From IMG/VR virus record IMGVR_UViG_3300025392_000003: DNA of 63,219 nucleotides, one strand, 5' to 3'. The DNA comes from an uncultured virus (IMG/VR IMGVR_UViG_3300025392_000003) (lineage: Duplodnaviria > Heunggongvirae > Uroviricota > Caudoviricetes). The translations under genes and the position numbers were made by a program. This document shows, piece after piece, positions 45,031-55,075 of this stretch. Every line of letters starts with the position of its first letter. Position 1 is the stretch's first letter. The notes beneath the pieces were generated by a model. The model was not told where the DNA came from, did no database searches, and saw nothing but the letters and a program-made list of their open reading frames with translations.

Positions 45031-45292
45031 GCCTACTTCTTTTTGCTGAAACGGCGAGGCTTCGTGTCCGTGTGGCGAACGATAAGCATTCCCTCTGGGA
45101 ACAAGTTTCGTGTCTTGGTCGGAACCTTTTGATTCCTAATATTCCCAACGATACGGAGAGCCTCTACGAATCCCTGTGCGAAACCGTTTTCGTAGTCTTC
45201 CTGCTTTGTTTGTGATAGGCGTATGTGGTGATTGGCCTCTACGCTTAGGCGATAGAACGCCTCGTCAATTTTCTTTCCCATTGTGTTCCTTT

Positions 45293-45574
45293 CTATTGGT
45301 TCTCTAGAGCCCAGACCGAGACACCGAGTATCACGATAATCAAGCCGACTAGAAGTTTTGAGACTAGGGGGATTTTGGAATCAGCCGCAAAGATTACGAG
45401 GATTCCGAGAAGCACCGTTGCGCAAGCGGTAAACATAGCCCAGCCGATAATCCGTAGCCAAATATCGGCAAACTTTTGAGCGGTGGTCTTACGACGCCAG
45501 CGAGTCTGTCGAATAGCGCGTAGGGTGTCCTTTTCACGCTTCTTGTAAAGTTTGTCCAATTCATTCGGGTCCAT
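45293..45574 (-). CDS. Two-TM membrane protein
   Basis: Basic N-terminus followed by two hydrophobic helices. Confidence 0.6.
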   Translation of the reverse strand: MDPNELDKLYKKREKDTLRAIRQTRWRRKTTAQKFADIWLRIIGWAMFTACATVLLGILVIFAADSKIPLVSKLLVGLIIVILGVSVWALENQ

Positions 45575-46185
45575 TAGTTCACCTCTCCTGTTGTGTCTTC
45601 GGCATAGCCTCTAGTGGCAATCAGATACTCTTCTGAAGCCGTTGTAAAGGTCAAGTGGCGGTATCGCCTAAGCGAATGAACGCAGTCAATCAAGTCGGAT
45701 AACGCCCGGTGGGGGTTGGCGTGTTCGCGCCCCTTGCTCTCTAGTTTCACCAAATCGTAGACGTGCGGAGCCCAACGCTTGATTGTGAGCCCGATAGATG
45801 ACACGTCAAGGTTCTGATGAGTGAATCGAGCCATAAGGCGTGGCATACGAGTCTCAAGCATACGGCGGTCAAAGTGAACGCTATTGCCGCCGAGTAGCAA
45901 GCCCTTGCCTAGACCGTGCTGGTCAAGGAGTGCCAAGATTTCCATTTCAGCAACCTTGATATTACGACCGCCGAAGTGCTCGAGGTCGTCAAGCAAGCCC
46001 GAACGAGTGTGCATCTCTGTCACATAGTTGTCCATACGGCGCAACTTACGCTTAGGGGTCTTGATAATCGTGGAGTATGAGCCGACCTCATTGAGTTCGT
46101 CATCGGTAATCAGCACGGCGATTTCCAACAATGCTTCTTTCTTGTAGTCAAGCCCTGTGGTTTCGGTGTCTATCCAAACAATCAT
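45574..46185 (-). CDS. orn: Oligoribonuclease (DEDDh)
   Basis: VWIDTETTGLD..LLEIAVLITD..MHTRSGL..GNSVHFDR..LDVSSI..HRALSD. Confidence 0.9.
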   Translation of the reverse strand: MIVWIDTETTGLDYKKEALLEIAVLITDDELNEVGSYSTIIKTPKRKLRRMDNYVTEMHTRSGLLDDLEHFGGRNIKVAEMEILALLDQHGLGKGLLLGGNSVHFDRRMLETRMPRLMARFTHQNLDVSSIGLTIKRWAPHVYDLVKLESKGREHANPHRALSDLIDCVHSLRRYRHLTFTTASEEYLIATRGYAEDTTGEVN

Positions 46186-46538
46186 TGTTGCCCTTTCGTT
46201 GGAATGTATCGTACATACAGGGTGTAGCACGAGTCGTTCTCGTTCTTTATTGAACGGAACTCGTATGGGATTTGCTTCATCTTGATTTTGTCGCCCTGCT
46301 TTAATCCCAGCAGTTGCAACGCTGTCTTGCGAGAGTATGAGTGGTTCTTGGCATTGTCTTGCCATAAGAACCAAGTGTCGGGGTTTTGGTGAAGTTGCTC
46401 ACGGCGAACCCCGACTTTGGCACTTTGCTTACGCCCCCGGTTCTCTGGCGGCGTGGCCTGAATCATAAGGTCTGACATTAGTTCAGCACCTCGTTCAGAT
46501 AGGCGATTACTCGGTCTAGAGTATCGCTCTGTCGCCAA
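46182..46538 (-). CDS. Hypothetical protein
   Basis: ORF coupled to orn; the start is uncertain. Confidence 0.45.
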   Translation of the reverse strand: MATERYSRPSNRLSERGAELMSDLMIQATPPENRGRKQSAKVGVRREQLHQNPDTWFLWQDNAKNHSYSRKTALQLLGLKQGDKIKMKQIPYEFRSIKNENDSCYTLYVRYIPTKGQQ

Positions 46539-46804
46539 GCCATAGGGTCGTCGCCCAACTCAAGCGGGCGGAACTTCTCAAGACCCTTGATGATTTCCTC
46601 TTTGTTGCTCATTACATTGTCTCCTTTAGTTGAATCAGCAGTTCGGGCTCAACTCGGTCGCCGCAAGAAACACAGCGTAAGTTCTCCCAGTACTTGCAAC
46701 CGCAGTAGCAAGCCACTACGCCCTCAAGGTCTGCGTCATCAATCTCTCTTATGGTTTTATATGCCATATACCCACTATAGCAGGGTTGAGTGACAAAGCA
46801 AGGA

Positions 46805-47299
46805 TTATTTATTTGGTATCCAGTATTCCCCACTACGAAGAAGGGGTTTTACATCAGGAAATAGTTTGGAAATCCCTACTATTTCCACGCCCGCTTCCCG
46901 AAGCATTATTTCACCAGCCTCGATAGATTCCCCCCAGCGTTCGGGGGTATCAATCTTGTAGCGAACCAGAGTCGTGACTCCACTTTGGATAATCCCTCGA
47001 GCACAATCCGCACAGGAAGCCCAGATAGCCACCATCGTCAAGCCCGCCGTGCTGATACCAGCCCTCGCTGCGGCGTAGAGAGAGTTCCTCTCGGCGTGTT
47101 CGGTATAGAGATACTTAGTCGGGGGTTCTAGGCGCTCTGGGGGCGTTCTAAGGCCCTTTGGGAAGTCGTTGTAGGCGTAGGTCGGGCGAAGAATCCAGTC
47201 GTTGCGTATCAGCACCGAAGCGTTCTGGGTCGAACGGTCTGGCGATTGGAGTGCGGTGACAAAACAATCCCGCATAGCCCTTTCGTAGATGTTATACAT
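46805..47299 (-). CDS. dCMP deaminase-like protein
   Basis: SPDRSTQ..YN..HAERN..SCADCARGIIQSG..LREAGV. Confidence 0.85.
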   Translation of the reverse strand: MYNIYERAMRDCFVTALQSPDRSTQNASVLIRNDWILRPTYAYNDFPKGLRTPPERLEPPTKYLYTEHAERNSLYAAARAGISTAGLTMVAIWASCADCARGIIQSGVTTLVRYKIDTPERWGESIEAGEIMLREAGVEIVGISKLFPDVKPLLRSGEYWIPNK

Positions 47300-47726
47300 C
47301 GAAAGGTTCGTTGGTTGTGAACGACTCGTATGACCAGCCGTGCGGTTCGTTAATCGTAAAGGTAAAGGCAATCTTGCCCTCGTCAGGCAACGGCTCTCGG
47401 TCAATAACTGATGTGACCTTGTAATCGGCGGCCTTAGCGTAGGCGAGTGCGAGTTCGTTTGGGATATCAGCACCGACAAACGAAATCTTGATTGGGGCCG
47501 GTTCTACATAGCACCAGTTGATAGTTCCGTCTTCGTTAGTTCCCCACTCATCGGCTTGAGTCCAGCCATAGACTTTCGCTACCTTGAGTGCCGCTACTCG
47601 GTTCGCATCTGTATCGGAGTTCTCGATAGTGGCGATATCGCGCTGACTAACTAAAAAGCCCTCTTCGTTGGCACGAGCCAGTCGAATCTTGCCGACATTC
47701 TTATCTACCTCTAGTAAAAGTCTCAT
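47292..47726 (-). CDS. Hypothetical protein
   Basis: 144-aa coupled ORF. Confidence 0.55.
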   Translation of the reverse strand: MRLLLEVDKNVGKIRLARANEEGFLVSQRDIATIENSDTDANRVAALKVAKVYGWTQADEWGTNEDGTINWCYVEPAPIKISFVGADIPNELALAYAKAADYKVTSVIDREPLPDEGKIAFTFTINEPHGWSYESFTTNEPFDV

Positions 47727-48829
47727 TTCTTTTTGTTCTTTCTCTCTAAGGTGATATCTCTAACGAGTTTCATATATTTATCTTTGATTTCCCCCGCCGA
47801 GGTTCGGGCCGCTTCCTTAAAGTGGTAGAGCGCTTGCTTGTTATCACCTAAGCCGAGATAGCAGAAGCCCAACTTGCCGTGTGGGTAGTAGCCGTAGAAG
47901 TGTTCGTTGGCTTGCGAGCCATCGCTAATCGGCTTCATACCGATAGTGGCTTTGTAGAACGGCATAGCCTTGAGCCAATCGTTGTTGTTAAAGAACACAT
48001 CACCTAAGTTGATAAAGGCATCAGGTTTGGAAGAATCGAAGAACGCCGCCTGTAGGAGATACTCCACATACTTGCCGAAGTCCTGCTTGGCGAAGTAAAT
48101 CATCGCTAGGTTCATTAGTGAGACATAGCGTTGGTAGGTGTAGTCCTGCTTTTCCAAAACCGATAGGAACTCTGGGATAGCCTCGTCAAGTCGCTGATGG
48201 GCTACGAGTTCTTGACCCAAGTAGTAGTGGGTTCTGGTGGATACCTCTTCTTGAGCGCGTAGGCGTAGCAAGATATTGAGGTTTCGGTCTGATACGCCCT
48301 GATGGATAGCGAGCGGGTCATTTACATAGGCCGTGTCGATGCCGTAGAAGCGATTGTTGTCGGTCGCTAGGGTTTCGTGGATTGGTTCTACCCACTTAGC
48401 CCCTGCTGATTTGCGAGCGATTCGGCAAATCATATACCAACTAATTACTTCGCCCTCGTCAGTGATTAGGCGATTCATACGGAACATCGCGCCCTCAGCA
48501 TCCGTATTTGGATTATTGAAGAAAGGGTTGTTCTTAAACTCCGAGATAATTATCTTGGCGGAGTTGGGCGGAACGATATCACCACTATCTAGCCACATAA
48601 CCCAATCATTCGTGGCTTTCTCGAACGAGAAGTTTCTCGCTGCGGCGAAGTCGTCTATCCACTCGAAGTCATAGACCTTTGCCCCATACGATTCAGCAAC
48701 GGCTTTCGTATTGTCTAGTGAGCCCGTGTCAACGATAATGATTTCATCAACAAAGGGCTGGACTGATTCCAAAGTCTGGCCCAAGACACTTTCGTTATCC
48801 CGGACAATCATCGCTAGGGAGAGTTTCAT
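47723..48829 (-). CDS. Glycosyltransferase family 2 with TPR repeats
   Basis: SLAMIVRDN..DEIIIVDTGSLD..DFAAARN..WLDSGD..IHE; C-terminal TPR-like helices. Confidence 0.9.
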   Translation of the reverse strand: MKLSLAMIVRDNESVLGQTLESVQPFVDEIIIVDTGSLDNTKAVAESYGAKVYDFEWIDDFAAARNFSFEKATNDWVMWLDSGDIVPPNSAKIIISEFKNNPFFNNPNTDAEGAMFRMNRLITDEGEVISWYMICRIARKSAGAKWVEPIHETLATDNNRFYGIDTAYVNDPLAIHQGVSDRNLNILLRLRAQEEVSTRTHYYLGQELVAHQRLDEAIPEFLSVLEKQDYTYQRYVSLMNLAMIYFAKQDFGKYVEYLLQAAFFDSSKPDAFINLGDVFFNNNDWLKAMPFYKATIGMKPISDGSQANEHFYGYYPHGKLGFCYLGLGDNKQALYHFKEAARTSAGEIKDKYMKLVRDITLERKNKKK

Positions 48830-49413
48830 ACTTTCACCTCGTTAGAAAGAAGTAGTGAGATAGGGGTTAATTCGTTAACGGAGACTTTTACTCGCTTTGG
48901 GTCGCCGTTGTATGCCGTTCCGAGTGGGTAGAGTTCTCGAGCCCAGCCCCCACCTAGTAGGCGAACTTTCGTTGCCGGGCGCGGTGGGTAATCAGCACAT
49001 ACCTCGCAGACACAGCCCGCTATGCGACTCTCGGCCCATAGAACTAGTCGGTTGCGCTCGGAGTCCTTTAGGTCAACCGGCATTGAATGGGCGTTCCTAC
49101 GCCACTTGATTTCCACCTCGGTAGCACCTAGCAAGCCGTCAGGTAGTTCCCGATACTTGGCGTGGTCTTCCTTGAGCCAGATTCCATTGAAGCAATATCC
49201 GCCTATCAAACGGAACGAACCGATTTCAGCAGCGGCCGAGTGGATATTCGCCAACTCGTTATCCGCCATCAACTTTGATTCATCGTAGGAGTGGCGATTG
49301 CTCTTGGTTAGATTTTGCTGGGTTCTGCCCTTGCCTACGGCGATAGCCGCTTCGTTCTCCCAAGGATAGAGAGTGGTGATTAGAGCGAGTTCCTGTAGTT
49401 CGGAGAGTTTCAT
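48826..49413 (-). CDS. Hypothetical protein, possibly PD-(D/E)XK fold
   Basis: AAAEIG..PDG..EVEIK. Confidence 0.45.
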   Translation of the reverse strand: MKLSELQELALITTLYPWENEAAIAVGKGRTQQNLTKSNRHSYDESKLMADNELANIHSAAAEIGSFRLIGGYCFNGIWLKEDHAKYRELPDGLLGATEVEIKWRRNAHSMPVDLKDSERNRLVLWAESRIAGCVCEVCADYPPRPATKVRLLGGGWARELYPLGTAYNGDPKRVKVSVNELTPISLLLSNEVKV

Positions 49414-50030
49414 TATTCCTCGACTACTTTCGCACTAGAGCCGAATACGGACACAATCGTTTCTTCTGGTGATGGCACGGTTGCGAACGCACTTAGGTCA
49501 CGATACCGAAGTTCCGTTCCAAAGGCCTGTTGGAGTTCTACGATAGGAACTAGGTAGCCACGAGCCGTGTAGAACTTATTGTAAGCAATCCGTGTATGAG
49601 TCCTAAATTGTGGAAAGCGATTGGGTCGGCTACTCATCTCACGAATAAACCACTGGCGAACTACATCAAGCGGGAAAATCCAAAGTTCATTAGTTTCGAG
49701 AGCGAAGTAGTAGAAGTAGTCGGCCTTGCTTCGCATAAAGCAACCTTGCGTGAACTTTATCTCGTTGCTGATTGTCTCGAAAGCAAAGTTCCCACTCCCG
49801 GCTATTTTCGTATCCGCTTTGACCTCAATAGTGATTGTTTCGTGTTTGCCCTTGTTAGAGCGAATCCAATAGAAATCTATGTCGTCAGATTTTTGCGTTT
49901 CGACATCTACATCTTCTAGGTCGAGGGTGAAGTCAAGCGAGTTGATGTATCGCCTGATAATAGGCAACGCGCGGGCTTCGGTAGCCTGCCGTTCCTCAAA
50001 TGATGCTATGCCTATTGTGGTTTCACCCAT
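49413..50030 (-). CDS. PD-(D/E)XK nuclease-like protein
   Basis: DIDF..IEVKAD..SGNFAFET..SKADYFYY. Confidence 0.65.
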   Translation of the reverse strand: MGETTIGIASFEERQATEARALPIIRRYINSLDFTLDLEDVDVETQKSDDIDFYWIRSNKGKHETITIEVKADTKIAGSGNFAFETISNEIKFTQGCFMRSKADYFYYFALETNELWIFPLDVVRQWFIREMSSRPNRFPQFRTHTRIAYNKFYTARGYLVPIVELQQAFGTELRYRDLSAFATVPSPEETIVSVFGSSAKVVEE

Positions 50031-50070
50031 AGCCCCCCACTTTAGTATGTAGGGGGCTACTAGGTGATAC

Positions 50071-50358
50071 CTACTTGATTAAAGTTTTGTTGGCTTTCGC
50101 CAAAATCTTTTGCTCGGCACGGCGGCGAACGATACGAGCCTCCGAGCAAATCCCGGCGATAACGATTGCCGTCAGAGCCGTGAGCCCGCCATACACAACT
50201 GCGAGCCGGGCTTCAGCACCAAAGGTGTTGAGGTTGATTGACTTGTAGAAGTGCATCGCAATTCGCAATTCCAAGAAGCCCAAGAACGCCGACCAGCCCC
50301 AAATCGTGCTAGTCCACTCGTTGCCGCGCTTCCTTTTGTTTGGTGATACCTGTCGCAT
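50071..50358 (-). CDS. Two-TM membrane protein
   Basis: AAGGAG RBS and hydrophobic helices. Confidence 0.5.
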   Translation of the reverse strand: MRQVSPNKRKRGNEWTSTIWGWSAFLGFLELRIAMHFYKSINLNTFGAEARLAVVYGGLTALTAIVIAGICSEARIVRRRAEQKILAKANKTLIK

Positions 50359-50560
50359 AGTGTCTCCTTTGTTGTATCCGACAGAATCCATAATACTAGA
50401 GTGGGGTTCGGGGGTCAAGGATTGTTTGGAAAAGTTGGTAAAGCCCCAAAGCCCTTTATTTATAAGGCTTTAGAAGTTTTTTCCAAATTGACTTGACATT
50501 GGTTTCCAAACTATAGTAAGGTTTAGTTGTCGGATAAACAAAAGGAAAAAGGAGACACCG

Positions 50561-51658
50561 ATGCCACAGAACCGGCCTAACAATTACAACTGGTCGAACA
50601 TTGACCGCTCACGCGCAGCAACTCGCTTGCGCCAAGAAGCGGCCTACACGCTTCGCCAAAACGGAGTGTCATACATTGAGATTGCCCGCCAACTCGGTTA
50701 TGTTGACGCGCTCGGCAATCCAAAGGCACAATCAGCAGCCGAGGCCGTTCGTGCGGTAGCCCGCCGTATGGCACTTGGCAACAGCACCACTACCGACTAC
50801 TCGGTGGCTAACGGTGAGTTCCCTATGCTTCCCTCGAACCGCACTTTCGGTTTCGAGGCGGAGTTCTTCGGTATCACACCTACCGAAGCAACGGCCGCTC
50901 TCGCCGCTATCGGAATCACCGCCCCTTATGTTGGCTACAACCACGATGTCTCGACTAACACCGTTAGCGGTTGGAAGTTGGTTTACGACCAGAGCGTTAA
51001 CGGTCGTGGCACGGGTCTTGGTCGTGGTATGGAATTGGTTTCGCCAGTCCTACGAGGTGAAGAGGGATTGGTTCTCGCTGCCAAAGCGGTCAACGCCCTA
51101 CAGAACGCCGGTGGTAAGACCGACAAAACTTGTGGCTTACACATTCATATCGGTATGGACGGTTTGACCGGGAAGCAGATTGTCAAGACCCTTGACCTCT
51201 ACTCGGCCAACCAAGAGCACATCAACAAGTTGATTGCTCGTAGTCGTTGGACCAATATCTACTGCCAGCCGATGGACCGCTACACTCGCAACAGCACTAC
51301 CGTAGTGAACTTCGAGAACGCCGACAGCGTGGGTGACACCCGCCGTTTGCGCCCAACGCTTAGCCACTACGACCGCTACCACGCTGTCAACCTTGCTTCC
51401 TACGCCAAGTATGGAACCGTTGAGTTCCGTCAGCACCAAGGAACGCTTAACGGCGAAAAGGTGACTTCGTGGGTCAAGTTCCTTATGGCTATGGTTGAGA
51501 AGTCAGTCACTATGGACACAGCAACCGACCTCACTTCCCTTGACGGATTGCTGAACGGCTTGCCACTCCACTCGGAGACTCGCACTTTCCTCACCCGTCG
51601 CGCCGAGCGCTTAGAGCGTAGCCGTGACGAAGCCCGCGCACGAGCAACATCTAACTAA
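50561..51658 (+). CDS. Putative amidoligase (COOH-NH2 ligase, Amidoligase_2) with an N-terminal HTH
   Basis: TFGFEAE, WKLVYDQSV, ELVSPVL, TCGLHIHIG, RYHAVN, TVEFRQHQGT. Confidence 0.88.
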   Translation: MPQNRPNNYNWSNIDRSRAATRLRQEAAYTLRQNGVSYIEIARQLGYVDALGNPKAQSAAEAVRAVARRMALGNSTTTDYSVANGEFPMLPSNRTFGFEAEFFGITPTEATAALAAIGITAPYVGYNHDVSTNTVSGWKLVYDQSVNGRGTGLGRGMELVSPVLRGEEGLVLAAKAVNALQNAGGKTDKTCGLHIHIGMDGLTGKQIVKTLDLYSANQEHINKLIARSRWTNIYCQPMDRYTRNSTTVVNFENADSVGDTRRLRPTLSHYDRYHAVNLASYAKYGTVEFRQHQGTLNGEKVTSWVKFLMAMVEKSVTMDTATDLTSLDGLLNGLPLHSETRTFLTRRAERLERSRDEARARATSN

Positions 51659-51669
51659 AGGAGATAACA

Positions 51670-52398
51670 ATGTGTGGAATTGCTGGATTTTGCTTCACGC
51701 AAAACGAAAAGATAGATGCCCAACTTCTATCCGAGTGCCTACTAAATCAAATCGTTGAGCGTGGTGAACACGCCACCGGTGCGGCGTGGGTATTCAAGGA
51801 TGGCAACAAAAAGGCTTCTATCGCTGTTAGTAAGGCCCCTGTCCCCGCTTGGGAGTTTGAGCCATACTTGGCGGAGATGCCTACGGATACTCGTAGGGCT
51901 ATCCTTCACACTCGCTACGCTACGCAGGGTTCACCACAGGACAACCTCAACAACCACCCGATTGTTTCGGGCCGGGTCGTGGGGGTTCACAACGGACACT
52001 TGGCGAATGACAACGCAATCTTCGACACCCTACGCTGCGAGCGTTATGGTGAAGTGGATAGCGAAGCGGCGTTTGCCTTGCTTGCCAACACGATTCACGC
52101 CCCTAACAAGGTTCTGAAGTCTCTCAAGGGTCGGGCCGCCTTAGCGTGGTTCGATGCCAAGGATAAGCGTGACCTACACCTTGCCCGTGTGACCGATTCA
52201 CCACTTGCTATCGGCGTGACCCCAAAGGGTTCGTTGGTATTCGCTTCCACTATCCCCTTGCTAGTGAACGCTTGCGAGGATGCTGGCGTGAAGTTGGAGT
52301 GGATAGAAAATATCAAGCCTTATACCTATATGCGAATCCGCAACGGCAATATTCTTGATGTTCGCAAGATTGGCGAGAGTCTGAAAGCGATTGCCTAA
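51670..52398 (+). CDS. Class II (Ntn) glutamine amidotransferase
   Basis: MCGIAG, RGEHATG, HTRYATQG, NNHP, HNG, VDSE. Confidence 0.9.
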   Translation: MCGIAGFCFTQNEKIDAQLLSECLLNQIVERGEHATGAAWVFKDGNKKASIAVSKAPVPAWEFEPYLAEMPTDTRRAILHTRYATQGSPQDNLNNHPIVSGRVVGVHNGHLANDNAIFDTLRCERYGEVDSEAAFALLANTIHAPNKVLKSLKGRAALAWFDAKDKRDLHLARVTDSPLAIGVTPKGSLVFASTIPLLVNACEDAGVKLEWIENIKPYTYMRIRNGNILDVRKIGESLKAIA

Positions 52399-52724
52399 TG
52401 CGTAAGGAAGCCACTTGGAAAGTCGTATGGGGTGGTGAAACTATCACTGCCCCATCGGCTTTCGATGTTCTAGCGATTATCGGTGAGCGTTCGTATTCGC
52501 CCGCCGACGCCAAGTATCCCAAGCGGGGAATCGCCTATCGGGTGTGGGTTCAGTATGGAGTAATCATTGACCCCGACCTAACCGAAGAAGAGTTCCTTAT
52601 CGGTCTAGCCGAGTATGGCGTTATTAGGTTGAGCGTGACTGGCAAGCCCTTGCCTGATGTGCTCACAGAAGCCAGAGATTTTTACGAGTCATTTCACCAA
52701 AAGGAGATTGAGAACAATGACTAA
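52398..52724 (+). CDS. Hypothetical protein
   Basis: Coupled to the GATase gene. Confidence 0.55.
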   Translation: MRKEATWKVVWGGETITAPSAFDVLAIIGERSYSPADAKYPKRGIAYRVWVQYGVIIDPDLTEEEFLIGLAEYGVIRLSVTGKPLPDVLTEARDFYESFHQKEIENND

Positions 52725-53652
52725 TTTTCCAAATGGAATCCAAATCACAAAAGACCTAAACCCAATAATCAGACAGATTACGGCGTATGGTCGGCAAAAG
52801 GCCGAGCGAGATGAAGCCTCTGGGGTTTTGCCCCCAATCAAGGTTTGTATGCCCGCTGGTAGCGGATACACCGTTGCTGATGTTCTTGACTACGACTGCG
52901 AGCAGTCCTATCGGGGCGGTAAGACTTTCTTGCTCGTTGATGATGTCGTGGCAGCCAAAGAAGATGCCCTTAGAGAAAAGCAGAACGCTTCACCAGTTGT
53001 AAGGCGAGCCCTGACTCGGTTCTTAAAAGATATGGAAGAAGCAATCGCATCTTTTCGCGCCAATCGGGTCAATAGCACGATTCTCCCCGCTACTCGGCTT
53101 ATGACTGGTAGTAGTGGCGGATACGGAGTGTTCCCTACGGAAAGCGTTGATACCCTCGTGGCTGACTACAACAAAATTGTTTGGCACATTGAGAAAATAA
53201 ATCAGCAAGGGGTAGTGGTCGAGCCATCTACTAGCGGCGAGTTAGTCCTCGTTGGCGTTCCTCGAATGGACATTACTTTGTTGACGATTACTCCGTTTAT
53301 CCAATTTGGAAATAACGGCGAAATGGATACCCGCTACAAGGTCAAGTTGGGCTCACATCGCTACACAATTTTTAGTAAGGCCGCCCAGCATTTCAGCACC
53401 CCTAACAACGACTACATCAGTCGGTTGCTTCCCAACGGTTGCCTAATCGAAACAGACTTCGAGCAAGCGATTCAGTCTTCCCGGCGAATTATCTTGACTA
53501 TCTACAAGAAGTTCTTGGGCGAACTAGAAAGAGAAATCACCAATCGCCTTACGAAGTTGGCCGAGGAAATCGGACCCGTGACACTTTCCTTTGATAACGG
53601 GGATTCTGTCGTTCTAGGCGAGGAAATCCGCTCGACTGTCACAGCGGCCTGA
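52717..53652 (+). CDS. Hypothetical protein
   Basis: 311-aa ORF; likely start MTNFPNG. Confidence 0.6.
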   Translation: MTNFPNGIQITKDLNPIIRQITAYGRQKAERDEASGVLPPIKVCMPAGSGYTVADVLDYDCEQSYRGGKTFLLVDDVVAAKEDALREKQNASPVVRRALTRFLKDMEEAIASFRANRVNSTILPATRLMTGSSGGYGVFPTESVDTLVADYNKIVWHIEKINQQGVVVEPSTSGELVLVGVPRMDITLLTITPFIQFGNNGEMDTRYKVKLGSHRYTIFSKAAQHFSTPNNDYISRLLPNGCLIETDFEQAIQSSRRIILTIYKKFLGELEREITNRLTKLAEEIGPVTLSFDNGDSVVLGEEIRSTVTAA

Positions 53653-53689
53653 TACACTAGTAGAGTAGGGTTTAGTAAAGGAGATACCT

Positions 53690-54076
53690 ATGGATACCAA
53701 TAAGAAGAAGTATGTGGTTGTTCTCGAAGTTGAGAGCGACACCGACCCATCCACTTGGAACTACAACTACTTGCTTAGTTCTAGCGACAAGACCGTTTCA
53801 GCAGAGGTCTTGGTTGCCTACGAGAATTGCTGCGAGAGTTATGCGGACTGGGCGAAGACCCCCGAAGATGACCGTTGGCTCGGCAACACTCCCAACACGG
53901 AGTTCTACGCTTGGCAACACGATGACACTTGCGCTCACTACGAGTCAGATGACGAGGATTTACCAGCCGAGGTTGAGGCTATGGACATCCACGAACTATT
54001 TAACCGGGCTTTCGGAGTCCACAAGGAACCGGCGAACTTGACCGTTCTACCCAAAGCCGATAGCCTCAAAGAATGA
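53690..54076 (+). CDS. Acidic hypothetical protein
   Basis: AGGGTTTAGT motif and AAGGAG RBS upstream. Confidence 0.6.
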   Translation: MDTNKKKYVVVLEVESDTDPSTWNYNYLLSSSDKTVSAEVLVAYENCCESYADWAKTPEDDRWLGNTPNTEFYAWQHDDTCAHYESDDEDLPAEVEAMDIHELFNRAFGVHKEPANLTVLPKADSLKE

Positions 54077-54399
54077 GCGACGCACCCACTAACGAGAATA
54101 TCACCTACCCCAACTCCGAAACCGCTAAGGCTATGCCTAGCAAGGAAGCGGCGGTTGGGGCAGAGTTGATGTTCATTCACAATGTCTTGGTAGCCAATAT
54201 CAATAACCTGACTGACGAGCACAATGCCGTTGTCACTTCAGGTGGCACGACAGACACCGCCGAGGGGCAACAGAGGTTCGGTGCTATCAACTCGTTTAAC
54301 TTCGTGCTGAAGTTCCTAGAGCAACGAATCAAGGAGTATGTAGAAGACCTTGAGAGTGTCGTTGGTATGGCAGAAGAGGGCGAAAGTGCCGGTGAGTAG
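54073..54399 (+). CDS. Hypothetical protein
   Basis: ATGA-coupled ORF. Confidence 0.55.
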   Translation: MSDAPTNENITYPNSETAKAMPSKEAAVGAELMFIHNVLVANINNLTDEHNAVVTSGGTTDTAEGQQRFGAINSFNFVLKFLEQRIKEYVEDLESVVGMAEEGESAGE

Positions 54400-54757
54400 C
54401 GACTCGTTCGACTCTTCCACCTTTGGCTCTATCGAGCATCAGGCCGAGAAACTCGGCTATCTCGTAGCGACCGTTGAGTATTCATTTCAGCAACGAGCAA
54501 AGGATAAAAAGCACGAGAACCTAGCGACTCACTCATCACTTGGGGCGGTCTTGCTCAAGAAGTATCTAGATGGGGAAATTAGTCTCGCTGACTACTCCGA
54601 GCAAGCGGCCTTGCTGCTGGATAAGACCACTCGCCTAAATGATGAGGTCAATGCCAATCTACAAAACGCTACAAACCAACTAAACAAGATGGTTGTTGAT
54701 TCTCTAGAGGCGGGCAAACTCCGTTTCTTTGTAGAGAAGATAGAGGGCGGCGAATAG
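54350..54757 (+). CDS. Hypothetical protein
   Basis: Helical ORF; the true start is probably the GTG near 54392. Confidence 0.5.
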   Translation: MRVSLVWQKRAKVPVSSDSFDSSTFGSIEHQAEKLGYLVATVEYSFQQRAKDKKHENLATHSSLGAVLLKKYLDGEISLADYSEQAALLLDKTTRLNDEVNANLQNATNQLNKMVVDSLEAGKLRFFVEKIEGGE

Positions 54758-54817
54758 CCCTTGCTTTGAGGTGTTCCTAGACACTAAACTAGGGTTAGGC
54801 AAATAAAGGAGATACAA

Positions 54818-55075
54818 ATGCCAAACACAACAATTACCGAACCAGTATGGGTTCCCGGTATCAAGTGCTTAGAGTCATCGGTCGTTCGTAGCGATGGCTC
54901 AACGCTTCGTGGGGAACTTTATCTTGATGAGACTGGCGTGACCCTCGCTATGGATTTTGATTTCAGCAACGGCGACCCGGCTCTCAAAGAGGTCTTTCAC
55001 GGAATCGAAAACACGGCACTAGCCCGCAAGCGATTTGCCACCTACGCGCTCACTTTCGTAAAGCAGGGCAACTAA
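54818..55075 (+). CDS. Hypothetical protein
   Basis: AAGGAG RBS, with a promoter-like TAAACTAGGGTT upstream. Confidence 0.6.
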   Translation: MPNTTITEPVWVPGIKCLESSVVRSDGSTLRGELYLDETGVTLAMDFDFSNGDPALKEVFHGIENTALARKRFATYALTFVKQGN

